Source: a virus (taxonomy: Duplodnaviria; Heunggongvirae; Uroviricota; Caudoviricetes). Taken from it: DNA of 54,713 bases. Each line of letters begins with the position of its first letter. The first letter of the stretch is position 1. Made by a program: the position numbers and the translations under genes. Shown piece after piece: positions 34,696 to 42,947 of the stretch. Under the pieces are notes generated by a model. The model was given only the letters and a program-made list of their open reading frames with translations. It made no database searches and was not told the origin of the DNA. The stretch lies in the IMG/VR virus record IMGVR_UViG_3300037264_002389, positions 74,545 to 129,257 of that record. The stretch is one strand, 5' to 3'.

Positions 34696-34774
34696 AAGGA
34701 GCATGAGGGAGCAAGCCATGAGAGGAAAAGACGACGCCATGACGTAAGACCCCTATTTGGAGGCTTACGTCATG
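34696..34774 (+). promoter_or_regulatory. uORF plus RBS/start-occluding hairpin
   Basis: AAGGAG, then ATG 34703 (MREQAMRGKDDAMT*, stop 34745-47). The stop lies inside an 11-bp stem catgacgtaag/cttacgtcatg that includes ATG 34772. Confidence 0.65.
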
Positions 34775-35068
34775 AGCAGAAGCTACAAGTTTTGCCCTTT
34801 CAGGGTCCATAGGCGACCACGAGGGAAGAAGCAAGCATTGGCTGAAGGAGTACGGAATGGGGCGGTCCCACCGGATGCTTGGGATGATTTAGTACATGAC
34901 AAGCAAGCATTCTTTCCGTACGAGCTTGTCAGCCGGTTCCTTAAGGAGGGTAAGAGTCCAGCATGGATAGTTCAGAAGATTCATCATCGAGTGGGCCACA
35001 AGAGGGCCGAAGAGATGGTGAGGAAGATCCTGAACATCAAGGCGATTATAGCGTACCGTATGATGTAG
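34772..35068 (+). CDS. Hypothetical basic protein
   Basis: GGAGG RBS at 34759-63; MSRSYKFCPF... Confidence 0.7.
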   Translation: MSRSYKFCPFRVHRRPRGKKQALAEGVRNGAVPPDAWDDLVHDKQAFFPYELVSRFLKEGKSPAWIVQKIHHRVGHKRAEEMVRKILNIKAIIAYRMM

Positions 35069-35071
35069 GCG

Positions 35072-35198
35072 CACGAGAGACGGCCCCGGCAACTATTTGG
35101 GGTGCTGACAGGCGCGGCAACATTGAATGGCATGGGTTCCAGAAACCCACAGGAGTACAGCTCCGACCGATCGTCACCAACGCGTGGTGAGTGCCGTG
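35072..35198 (+). ncRNA. Candidate multibranch structured RNA
   Basis: acggc/gccgt closing pair; hairpins gcccc/ggggt, tgggt/accca, ggag/ctcc, tcacca/tggtga. Confidence 0.35.
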
Positions 35199-35214
35199 AT
35201 GTTAGATGTTAGAC

Positions 35215-35291
35215 ACTCTCGTGGTGTAGTGGATTCTGCACGCGACTCTGCGGAAGTCGAGGTGAAGGTTCGATTCCTTCCGAGAGTGCCA
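35215..35291 (+). tRNA. trnR: tRNA-Arg(GCG)
   Basis: CGACT-CTGCGGA-AGTCG arm, perfect acceptor, CCA. Confidence 0.9.
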
Positions 35292-35299
35292 TTAATTCT

Positions 35300-35327
35300 G
35301 GATCGGTAGCCCAATTTGGCAGAGGCA
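35300..35327 (+). pseudogene. 5' part of a split short-arm tRNA-Leu
   Basis: GGATCGG-TA-GCCCAATTTGGCAGAGGC-A; D arm is near-identical to Leu(CAA) and Leu(UAA). Confidence 0.8.
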
Positions 35328-35340
35328 TATAGATTATCTT

Positions 35341-35422
35341 CGAGATGTGGCGAAATGGCAGACGCGACAGTTCGAGAGACTGTTGGGGTAATCCCATGAG
35401 AGTTCGAATCTCTCCATCTCGA
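35341..35422 (+). tRNA. trnL: tRNA-Leu(GAG), long variable arm, nested
   Basis: ACAGT-TCGAGAG-ACTGT arm, TGGG-GTAA-TCCCA variable arm, no CCA. Confidence 0.88.
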
Positions 35423-35478
35423 TTTTCAAGAACCACTCCTGCCAATGCGAATGTAAATAAATTGGCGGAGGTGACAAT

Positions 35479-35597
35479 GTGTCAAAATATAGTAAACAGC
35501 AACTAGAATTACTTGTGCGAGACAGCAGATCAGTAGCTGATGTTATTGTGCTACAGCAAGAAAATATGGCGTGACTGATAATACAATTAGAAAATGG
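35479..35597 (+). pseudogene. Internally deleted HNH-endonuclease-type gene
   Basis: GGAGG plus GTG gives MSKYSKQQLELLVRDSRSVADVI, joined out of frame to ATARKYGVTDNTIRKW (HTH-like). Confidence 0.6.
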
Positions 35598-35629
35598 TTG
35601 TGTGGGTTCAACTCCCACCCGGTCCACCA
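35597..35629 (+). pseudogene. 3' part of the split short-arm tRNA-Leu
   Basis: GTTGT-GTGGG-TTCAACT-CCCAC-CCGGTCC-ACCA; the acceptor strand pairs with GGATCGG at 35300. Confidence 0.82.
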
Positions 35630-35632
35630 AAT

Positions 35633-35709
35633 GCACCGGTAGACCAATAGCAGGAGTCGCCAAGCTCAGAACTTGGACAGTGTGGGTGCAACTCCCACCC
35701 GGTGTACCA
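35633..35709 (+). tRNA. trnL: tRNA-Leu(CAG), short variable arm
   Basis: Loop CTCAGAA; body nearly identical to Leu(UAG); CCA. Confidence 0.9.
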
Positions 35710-35717
35710 TCTTGTGC

Positions 35718-35789
35718 GGCCCTGTCTTCTAATGGTAAGGATCTTGCTCTTTCACAGCAAAGATGCCGGTTCGAATCCGGTCAGGGCTA
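35718..35789 (+). tRNA. trnE: tRNA-Glu(UUC)
   Basis: TTGCT-CTTTCAC-AGCAA arm; no CCA. Confidence 0.85.
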
Positions 35790-35911
35790 TTATTTTAATG
35801 TGAGATCAGGCTGGCATCAGTCCACAACCATATCGGATCATTGAGTTTCATATAATATAGTATCGTGTCTTTGTCTAATTGGCTAGGATCTTTCGATTTG
35901 TCGATACGATT

Positions 35912-36376
35912 TTATGGAATGGCTTCATCTTGTTTAATTTGGTCCCACCAAGCGTTAAGATATTCTGTTACTTCATATGGCGTCTTAAATCTATGTGGTC
36001 CAGGTTTATCACTCCTGCCTCCCCAAGAACCAACAATAAGATATTCATCGCCGTCTTTCAAGACACCAGCTATTTGATCTTCTTTGCCATCGGCATTTGG
36101 CCGATATACGAGCAATTTTGGATAGGCACTATAATCTTTATTATCTTCAGCACCATAAATTGCGTAACCAGATTCATCTAAGAAGGAGTCTAATTTTAGA
36201 TTCCTAACAATCTTATCAAATTCAGGCCCCAACTTGGGGCCTGAGTTTTTGTATTTAGAGCATTTTGGATTAGTGCATTCGACAGTATTCAATCCAATAT
36301 ATGCTTGTGAGCCACAAAAAGGACACTTTCCTTCTAAAATAAGTGCTTCATCCAACTTCTTATCAAAGTTACTCAT
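35912..36376 (-). CDS. Hypothetical protein with Zn ribbon
   Basis: CPFCG...CTNPKC. Confidence 0.75.
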   Translation of the reverse strand: MSNFDKKLDEALILEGKCPFCGSQAYIGLNTVECTNPKCSKYKNSGPKLGPEFDKIVRNLKLDSFLDESGYAIYGAEDNKDYSAYPKLLVYRPNADGKEDQIAGVLKDGDEYLIVGSWGGRSDKPGPHRFKTPYEVTEYLNAWWDQIKQDEAIP

Positions 36377-36412
36377 TTTATACCCCTCATTTTATACCCC
36401 TCATTTTATACC
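36372..36412 (-). repeat. 14-bp tandem repeat x3 spanning the RBS and start codon
   Basis: (ctcattttataccc)x3; the minus strand gives repeated GAGGGGTATAAAATG. Confidence 0.9.
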
Positions 36413-36484
36413 TAAATAAATTTTACTCATACATTATAATATCATATCAAAAATAGTTAGACAAGAGGTTAATAGGAGATTATA

Positions 36485-37471
36485 ATGTATAAGCAGTGGG
36501 CTTCACCTGATGGTGAAACATTTTATCCCGTTGATGAAGTTATAAAGAATTTACCGCCTGGTTATTATGAGATGGAACAAACGATGAGTTCGGTGTGTTT
36601 TACGAAGAGAAAGATTAAGAACGAAAATCTTCTAGTATTTCCAGATTCTAGTCATGGTCCGATTCTTGAAGAGATTGATAGGTTTTGGAAACTTGAACCG
36701 AAGTTTCTTGAGAGCAAGATACCATTTAAGCGTGGTATTTTGATGTATGGTCCGCCAGGATCGGGTAAGACTTGTTCTATTCGGATGGTTATTGATAATC
36801 TTGTTGAAAAACATAGTGGCATAGTAATCGATTTTCAGAACACACGTCTATTTGAGGATGGTTATAAGGTTCTTCGGCAGATTCATGCTGACATGCCTCT
36901 AGTCGTTCTGATGGAAGATCTTGATGCAATTATTAATCGGTGTGATGAGTCTAAGTTATTGAATATGTTGGATGGCATGTTGGGCATTCATAAGGTGATC
37001 TTTTTAGCTACTACGAATTATCCTGAACGTCTTGGTTCTAGGATTATGAATAGGCCATCTCGGTTTGATAGGAGAGTGTTCGTTGGTATGCCAAGCGCTA
37101 TCGCTCGTGAGACCTATATCCGGTCTAAATTGATTGGCGAGGATGATAACGTTATTAAGCGGTGGGTTGAGGACACAAATGGTCTTAGTATTGCGCACAT
37201 CAAGGAACTATATGTGGCTAATAAAATCCTTGGCGATAGTTATGATATTGCTCTTAAGACGTTGAAGGGTATGAAGTGTAAGTTGGATTCTAGTACGTTT
37301 GATGATTATGGTACGGTTAGTGAAGAGCCTGTGCAAGGACGGCTTAGTGAAGATAAGTATGCGAAGTTCGGGACTGGTGAAATATACAAGATGTTGAGAG
37401 GTACCTCTAATCCCGATGGTATTGCTAATCTGATATCTGAGGATATCAGACACGGTAATGGCCTTATTTAG
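36485..37471 (+). CDS. AAA+ ATPase
   Basis: GILMYGPPGSGKT (Walker A), VLMEDLD (Walker B), FLATTN, RPSRFDR. Confidence 0.93.
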   Translation: MYKQWASPDGETFYPVDEVIKNLPPGYYEMEQTMSSVCFTKRKIKNENLLVFPDSSHGPILEEIDRFWKLEPKFLESKIPFKRGILMYGPPGSGKTCSIRMVIDNLVEKHSGIVIDFQNTRLFEDGYKVLRQIHADMPLVVLMEDLDAIINRCDESKLLNMLDGMLGIHKVIFLATTNYPERLGSRIMNRPSRFDRRVFVGMPSAIARETYIRSKLIGEDDNVIKRWVEDTNGLSIAHIKELYVANKILGDSYDIALKTLKGMKCKLDSSTFDDYGTVSEEPVQGRLSEDKYAKFGTGEIYKMLRGTSNPDGIANLISEDIRHGNGLI

Positions 37472-37614
37472 ATTGCTTTCTTTTTAGGTTTCTTTGGTTT
37501 CTTTTCTTCTTTCTCTCGTGCACACACCCCACATGGATATTTGGTGTTGAGTCCGTGTTTACAGAAAACGATGTCCTTATGTCGTTTCTGTTTATCGGTG
37601 ATGTATTCAGTCAT
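37468..37614 (-). CDS. 48-aa Lys-rich peptide
   Basis: AGGAG RBS; MTEYITDKQKRHKDIVFCKHGLNTKYPCGVCAREKEEKKPKKPKKKAI. Confidence 0.6.
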   Translation of the reverse strand: MTEYITDKQKRHKDIVFCKHGLNTKYPCGVCAREKEEKKPKKPKKKAI

Positions 37615-37670
37615 GGTATTTCTCCTGGTGGCTAATTATTGTATCATTTAGAAATAATTGCTGAATTAGT

Positions 37671-37745
37671 GGGGGTGTACGACAAAGGAAAGTCTGCGAA
37701 TCTTCTAAGTTCGCAATCTCGGTTCGAGTCCGAGCACCCCTGCCA
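37671..37745 (+). tRNA. trnR: tRNA-Arg(UCU)
   Basis: Loop CTTCTAA, G73, CCA. Confidence 0.85.
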
Positions 37746-37746
37746 T

Positions 37747-38193
37747 TTAATCTAATTGAATTCTACCAATATGGTTCTTGTTAAGAGTATCATTAGATTT
37801 CTTAACCATAACCTCCTGATAGCCAACTATATTACCTTCTTTATCGACGACTTCAATGAGTCTAGTATAATATGGAGTATCATAGCAATCGCCTGATTTT
37901 ATTATCTGTGCTGCTTCATAAGCCACATTGACGCGTCGTTTGTGTTCTAGGACTACGTCTAGTAAGACGCCATAGAGTAATGGTTGTGTCCAGTATCTCA
38001 TTTCTTCATTTATACAACCACGACTGGCTAATGCTCTTGGTAATTCTTGTATCAATCTAGTTAGTGTGTAGTTTAATTGGCCAGCAAATGCAGCTTCATA
38101 TTGGTGTTTTGCTGACGTTTTTGCTATTGCTTGTGCTAGTTCGCATATAATAAGATTCAATTCTTTTCTATCATCTTCTGGTATATATGGCAT
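37747..38193 (-). CDS. Conserved phage hypothetical protein
   Basis: MPYIPEDDR...AGQLNYTLTRL...YE..KI..GD-like pattern. Confidence 0.75.
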   Translation of the reverse strand: MPYIPEDDRKELNLIICELAQAIAKTSAKHQYEAAFAGQLNYTLTRLIQELPRALASRGCINEEMRYWTQPLLYGVLLDVVLEHKRRVNVAYEAAQIIKSGDCYDTPYYTRLIEVVDKEGNIVGYQEVMVKKSNDTLNKNHIGRIQLD

Positions 38194-38221
38194 AGAGATC
38201 CCCCTTTCCGTCTAAAATACC

Positions 38222-38635
38222 TTGGAGGTGTTTATGATTGATGCAATTAGGATTAATATCTCAGACAATATTGTGTTTGATAATATTAAGTTATATTCGT
38301 TAGAGGAACAGAAAGCAGCTAATATTCCTAATTTGTTTGAGGGTGGTCAGATATATTTTAGAGATAAGTTTAATAAGCGTTATGCATGTGACGATGATAT
38401 GGTTGGTGATATTACTTTACGCGAGCAGTCACCATTGCGTGAATTTGTTAAGGTTAGTCGGATCACGATTACATGGAACCAGATCGTATATTCTCCAGCC
38501 TGGATAATACCTGATAGTTTATGTGAGAAGCATGGTATACCTGTTATTTTCATTGATCAGAAACAGTTTTGTTTTATTGCTGATCGACATTTACATGTTA
38601 CTAAGGATGAGCATATTGCTCTGATTGAATTTTAG
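38222..38635 (+). CDS. Hypothetical protein, paralog of 44397..44801
   Basis: Shared pattern: RI.I...IV...I..YS.EEQK ... GIP.IF. Confidence 0.7.
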   Translation: MEVFMIDAIRINISDNIVFDNIKLYSLEEQKAANIPNLFEGGQIYFRDKFNKRYACDDDMVGDITLREQSPLREFVKVSRITITWNQIVYSPAWIIPDSLCEKHGIPVIFIDQKQFCFIADRHLHVTKDEHIALIEF

Positions 38636-38639
38636 ATAT

Positions 38640-38714
38640 GCCCCTATAGCTCAATGACAGAGCGCAAGGCTTCGAACCTTGAGGTTCCAGGTTAAAGTCC
38701 TGGTAGGGGTACCA
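38640..38714 (+). tRNA. trnR: tRNA-Arg(UCG)
   Basis: Loop CTTCGAA, T loop TTAAAGT, CCA. Confidence 0.88.
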
Positions 38715-39192
38715 CTAGATCATTGCTTAGATATTCTTTAATTCTAGCGTACCAATTTTCATCTTTTGATGTTTTGAGTCGGTGGCATCGAACGCACCTC
38801 ACATCACACTTAAGAATTTCTTTCCTGATTCTTTCCCAACTGCCTCTAGCTAATGCGTAAACTTGATCAACTTTATTTGTGCCGTTGCGATGGTCAAATT
38901 CTAATAGAATTGGGTTTGATTCACCGCATTCAATACATGGATGTAATGTGAGATATTTATATATGCGTACCTTATTCATAAAACAAGTCGTATTAGTTCT
39001 ATTTTTATATTCAGCTTGATGCTTTAGATAATGATTGTGACTATAGATTTTGTGGCAAGCTTTACAATAGCAATGTCGCCATAATTTTAATTTGTTCTTA
39101 AATTTAAAGTCATTGATGTCTTTCTCTTTATTACACCCTTTGCATAATTTAAGCATATTATATGTTTTCTTCGAATCAGTATAGTAGTACAA
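38692..39192 (-). CDS. HNH endonuclease
   Basis: N-terminal CxxC pairs; HPCIECGE...LEFDHR...CDVRCVRCHRLKT. The 3' end overlaps tRNA-Arg antisense. Confidence 0.85.
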   Translation of the reverse strand: MYYYTDSKKTYNMLKLCKGCNKEKDINDFKFKNKLKLWRHCYCKACHKIYSHNHYLKHQAEYKNRTNTTCFMNKVRIYKYLTLHPCIECGESNPILLEFDHRNGTNKVDQVYALARGSWERIRKEILKCDVRCVRCHRLKTSKDENWYARIKEYLSNDLVVPLPGL

Positions 39193-39243
39193 CTCTTTAT
39201 ACTGAAATATGATTCCGGTGCCAAATATTCATAGAGGTGAATT

Positions 39244-39531
39244 GTGCAAGGACGACGAATACCAGTAGTAGACAATAAGGCCGATCCATACTTGGTTCTA
39301 GAACAACCTGGTGATTATTATGGTCCAGTGATGGGTTTTAGTGCTGATCGGCCCGCTGTATTCTATTTCTTGCCTATTGGTGAGAAGGTTTTTGCTGGTG
39401 CTCAATCGCCGCCACATACCTTTACGGAAGAGCTTGATGGCTCATTGACGATTCGTGGATCGATACTAACGCGATGGTCTAAAGGCAGTTGGCATGGTTT
39501 TCTTACTAAGGGGATTTGGAGTACGTGTTAG
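39244..39531 (+). CDS. Hypothetical protein (DUF6527-like)
   Basis: Ends in ...SLTIRGSI...WHGFLTKGIW. Confidence 0.7.
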   Translation: MQGRRIPVVDNKADPYLVLEQPGDYYGPVMGFSADRPAVFYFLPIGEKVFAGAQSPPHTFTEELDGSLTIRGSILTRWSKGSWHGFLTKGIWSTC

Positions 39532-39532
39532 T

Positions 39533-39606
39533 GCCCTCGTGGTGAAATGATATCATATTTCCGTCCTAAGGAAAAGTTGCGGGTTAGACTCCTGCCGAGG
39601 GTGCCA
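39533..39606 (+). tRNA. trnR: tRNA-Arg(CCU)
   Basis: TTTCC-GTCCTAA-GGAAA arm, CCA. Confidence 0.85.
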
Positions 39607-39627
39607 AGTATCTAAAGATGGATTAAA

Positions 39628-39705
39628 CGGGGCGTAGCTCAGCTTGGCTAGAGCGCGTGGTTTGGGACCACGAGGTCGCAGGTTCAAATCCTGTCGCCCC
39701 GACCA
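39628..39705 (+). tRNA. trnP: tRNA-Pro(UGG)
   Basis: Canonical body, loop TTTGGGA, CCA. Confidence 0.97.
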
Positions 39706-39719
39706 TTAGGGGATTGATT

Positions 39720-40076
39720 ATGCCGCGTTTAATTACAAAAGCCGAGTGGCAATGCTCGCTTTGCAAAGTACGATATCAACACAAAACATATGCAGTTGAG
39801 TGTCAAGAACGGTGTAGTAATGATCGAGACCTGAGGAAATTTCGAAGAATATTCCCAGTTAGATATCGAAATGATACTAAATATATTAAGCATTGTGTTA
39901 AATGTGGTGAAAGAGTGTTAGAATACAAATATGAATTTGATGGAATTGAGACATCACGTGGGCAGATCATTTATGAAAAATCGAGACATTTAATCTTCGA
40001 CGGTTATTACTGTGATGATTGTCAATCCAAGCTTATGCGTACTTTGTGTAAGTGTTTTGATGGTAGGTTTTTATAA
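39720..40076 (+). CDS. Cys-rich hypothetical protein
   Basis: Start at ATG 39720 (the track start 39657 lies inside tRNA-Pro); several CxxC motifs. Confidence 0.7.
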   Translation: MPRLITKAEWQCSLCKVRYQHKTYAVECQERCSNDRDLRKFRRIFPVRYRNDTKYIKHCVKCGERVLEYKYEFDGIETSRGQIIYEKSRHLIFDGYYCDDCQSKLMRTLCKCFDGRFL

Positions 40077-40144
40077 TTCCTGTTTGTGTAGCAAATTTGT
40101 TGTGTGATTATTGTGTTTAATGCACATGTGAAAGGAAAAGTACC

Positions 40145-40312
40145 GTGAAGACTGAAGAAATTTGCTGTTGCCAGAATGTTCTACAAAAGAAGAATACTAA
40201 GTGTGATAAATGCTTTGAATGTAAGCATTGTAAGAAATATGTCTTATATAAGTTCTGGTTTACGCATCAAAGGCAATGTAGGCAACTGGTTTACGCATCA
40301 AAGGCAATGTAG
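40145..40312 (+). CDS. Small Cys-rich ORF frameshifted by a 31-bp duplication
   Basis: GTG start after AAGGA; the duplication at 40255-40316 shifts the frame near the 3' end. Confidence 0.5.
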   Translation: MKTEEICCCQNVLQKKNTKCDKCFECKHCKKYVLYKFWFTHQRQCRQLVYASKAM

Positions 40313-40316
40313 GCAA
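40255..40316 (+). repeat. 31-bp exact tandem duplication
   Basis: ctggtttacgcatcaaaggcaatgtaggcaa x2. Confidence 0.95.
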
Positions 40317-40341
40317 GCGTCTATAGTCGAGGTATAACTTA

Positions 40342-40415
40342 CGGGGTGTAGCGTAACTTGGCATCGCGCCTGCTCCGGACGCAGGAGATTCTGGGTTCAA
40401 ATCCCAGCACCCCGA
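40342..40415 (+). tRNA. trnP: tRNA-Pro(CGG)
   Basis: CCTGC-TCCGGAC-GCAGG arm with C33; no CCA. Confidence 0.88.
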
Positions 40416-40429
40416 TACAAAAATAGTAT

Positions 40430-41323
40430 ATGAATCCATTATATATATCACACATAATCTCAGAAGACATCTCGATTAACAATGGTTTCTTACTATTTGA
40501 AGCAATATCTGGTGAAATAAATCAAGCTGAACTTGATCCAACTAATTTTCCATACCTAGACGCTGCTAAGACAGTTGCATTGCCAACCTATGTAATAAAA
40601 GGTCGAATTAATCTCTCCAATTTATATCAGATCTTGACGAATTATGCTAAGAACTCTGGCGGCAAATTAATTTATACTGGTGAACAAGGTGCTGGATACG
40701 ACACGAAAACCCTACCAATTAGCGATCGTAAAGCTAGACACGATATTGGTGATCATGCCGCTAAACTAATAAATTTAGCACTTGTCTTTAAGGATAAGGA
40801 TGTTGATATACCATTAGGTGATACGATTAAATTATCACGTGGAAAACGTGGGTCACTTTTCAACCCTGAGGATTGGGCTAGAGCTGTTAGATCTCATCCG
40901 AATGCGATTGTTCGAGATACTCCAGAAGTGTTTGAGTTTTATTATGGACTTCGTAATGATGATGCTAAAGCGTTATTGTTAGCTTCTGGACGATACGCTG
41001 AGGGGTTATACATTATTCCAACGGTGATTAATATTGATGGTCAGGATCTTGATTGGAAGAAAGCTGTTGAAGTGTTCGTAGCTGATCCGGGTAAGTTCAT
41101 TGACGTTGGCGAAAAATATGCTCCAATTGCTAAGAGGATCAGATTGCTGTTTAGGAAGTATCTTGAAAATACTAAGCAAGGCATTTACATTGATAGAGCT
41201 AGGATTAATCCAACTGATACCGCTGAATTGTTTCTAGCCGCTAATAGTGTTGATGAATTTATGCAGAATTACAATGTTAAATCAGAGGCATATGAACGTC
41301 TTAGTAATTATTTGGTTGGTTAA
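40430..41323 (+). CDS. Hypothetical protein
   Basis: 297-aa ORF. Confidence 0.8.
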   Translation: MNPLYISHIISEDISINNGFLLFEAISGEINQAELDPTNFPYLDAAKTVALPTYVIKGRINLSNLYQILTNYAKNSGGKLIYTGEQGAGYDTKTLPISDRKARHDIGDHAAKLINLALVFKDKDVDIPLGDTIKLSRGKRGSLFNPEDWARAVRSHPNAIVRDTPEVFEFYYGLRNDDAKALLLASGRYAEGLYIIPTVINIDGQDLDWKKAVEVFVADPGKFIDVGEKYAPIAKRIRLLFRKYLENTKQGIYIDRARINPTDTAELFLAANSVDEFMQNYNVKSEAYERLSNYLVG

Positions 41324-41877
41324 ATTACAGATATTTTCGTTTTGAGTTGCTTTATTTCTAATTGATATTTCTCTAGTTGTTCTAGTTCTCCAGACGCAAT
41401 TGGGAATTCGCCGAATACCTGAGACAATACTGTGTACTTTTCTGCGGCATATCTGCTATATCCTGCTTTGAATAACTCAATCATGGTTTGTGATTCCGCT
41501 ACCCATGATTTTGATCTATTTATGGATACTAACATAAGTCTATAAGGGCCAATAGACCAGCGATTTTCTTCTGCATCCTCTCTTTCATCGTCCCATGAGT
41601 CATAGATTATTTGGTCAGATCGTTTTGATCTAATGTAATTTAGGATTTCTTCGTCGGTCATTTCTGATGGTGGCTTGCGTTGGTTGTTTCTGTCTTTGAC
41701 GATATTATAAATGTTCTGTTCGGCTAGGTCCGGGTCGAAGTCATGGTCTATTTCGTAGTCTAATATTGGCTCATCCATACTATAGTTATATCTTTCCTTT
41801 AGCTTTTGGCAAGCATTAGTCGGAGGTGAGGAAGAAAGTAATCCGCCTGCTTGGGGTGCAGGAGATAACCGGAGCAT
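41320..41877 (-). CDS. Hypothetical protein
   Basis: 185-aa ORF; start uncertain. Confidence 0.7.
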   Translation of the reverse strand: MLRLSPAPQAGGLLSSSPPTNACQKLKERYNYSMDEPILDYEIDHDFDPDLAEQNIYNIVKDRNNQRKPPSEMTDEEILNYIRSKRSDQIIYDSWDDEREDAEENRWSIGPYRLMLVSINRSKSWVAESQTMIELFKAGYSRYAAEKYTVLSQVFGEFPIASGELEQLEKYQLEIKQLKTKISVI

Positions 41878-41910
41878 TACCGGTACCTCCGACCATTGAT
41901 AAAATAATAT

Positions 41911-42855
41911 ATGTTCAACCCATATTGTGGTTATGTACTTGAAGTTAAGCGTACGCTTAAGGTCGGGGGCCGAAAGATAGATGATGATATCATACGGCAG
42001 TCTTGTACTGACATGTTATGTAAGCTTTTTAGTATGCAGCATGGTAAGTATATTTCTGTCGATGGGGTTCTAGTAATCCTTGAGTCAATTCATTATACGG
42101 TTAGTCATAAAGTTGTATATGTTTCGACTCCATTCGCTCAGCGGCTTATGGAATCAGAGTTGACCGTCAATCTTGATGATCTTCATATTCCATTTAATCT
42201 ATTCGAGATGTGTTTTGATGATGATTTTGAAATTTTGGACGGGGTGAAAGCTCCGTCTTCGCTAGTCCTAGCTAAACCGGATGACACAATAATCAATTGT
42301 ATGCGCGAAATACTCGATGAAGCGAGTGGACAATATACGTTATCTCAGCACTATGGGAATGTTAAACCAAATTTTAAAATAGAAGACGAAGTTAGAAATG
42401 TTTTTAGTATTAGATTTAGGTCACCAACTGATAATGATGGCATATGTCATCTGAACATTAATACTAAAAAGTCGATGGGTGAGCCAATTGATAAGGTGAT
42501 TGATGAGATTGGGTTATTCCAAGAAAAAGCTGGTGTCACTGCTTTGTCTGTGACTGAACGAGAGATTGAGAAACGGATTGCTCGGATTGCACTTGGTATT
42601 ATCTGTTATTATAATACTGCCGAACCAGACATTCTCGATTGGCGTAATAAGTCACGTGGTAGGATGAGCGAAACTAGACCATCCGAAACGCTTCTGGGTT
42701 CTACGTTCGAACGTGCTAGCCCTGGATGGCATTTGCGACGAGCACATTGGCGTTTCTTAAAGCATGAACGATATAAACGTGATGAGGGTGGTAGTGTCCG
42801 TTGTATTTGGGTTCGTGCGGCTGAGGTTGGTTCTGATACTTGCGCTGGAACGTAG
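41911..42855 (+). CDS. Conserved phage hypothetical protein
   Basis: 314 aa; C-terminal HLRRAHWR...IWVRAAEVG motif. Confidence 0.8.
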   Translation: MFNPYCGYVLEVKRTLKVGGRKIDDDIIRQSCTDMLCKLFSMQHGKYISVDGVLVILESIHYTVSHKVVYVSTPFAQRLMESELTVNLDDLHIPFNLFEMCFDDDFEILDGVKAPSSLVLAKPDDTIINCMREILDEASGQYTLSQHYGNVKPNFKIEDEVRNVFSIRFRSPTDNDGICHLNINTKKSMGEPIDKVIDEIGLFQEKAGVTALSVTEREIEKRIARIALGIICYYNTAEPDILDWRNKSRGRMSETRPSETLLGSTFERASPGWHLRRAHWRFLKHERYKRDEGGSVRCIWVRAAEVGSDTCAGT

Positions 42856-42947
42856 ACATTTAAGTGTGCACATTGAGAATTGGGCTGGGTGTCGATAGTT
42901 TTTGCACGGTGAATATTGCCATAGAAATTAATTCCTCTGTACTCCAT
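42609..42947 (-). CDS. Hypothetical protein (partial antisense overlap)
   Basis: AGAGGAATTATTT-ATG initiation region identical to that at 7351. Most of its length overlaps 41911..42855, so it is uncertain. Confidence 0.35.
   Translation of the reverse strand: MEYRGINFYGNIHRAKTIDTQPNSQCAHLNVYVPAQVSEPTSAARTQIQRTLPPSSRLYRSCFKKRQCARRKCHPGLARSNVEPRSVSDGLVSLILPRDLLRQSRMSGSAVL

Noticed and set aside
36458-36486. TAGACA-17-TATAAT promoter-like match
   Set aside because: The -10 element overlaps the AAA+ gene's start codon, so it could not transcribe that gene's 5' end. It is probably coincidental.
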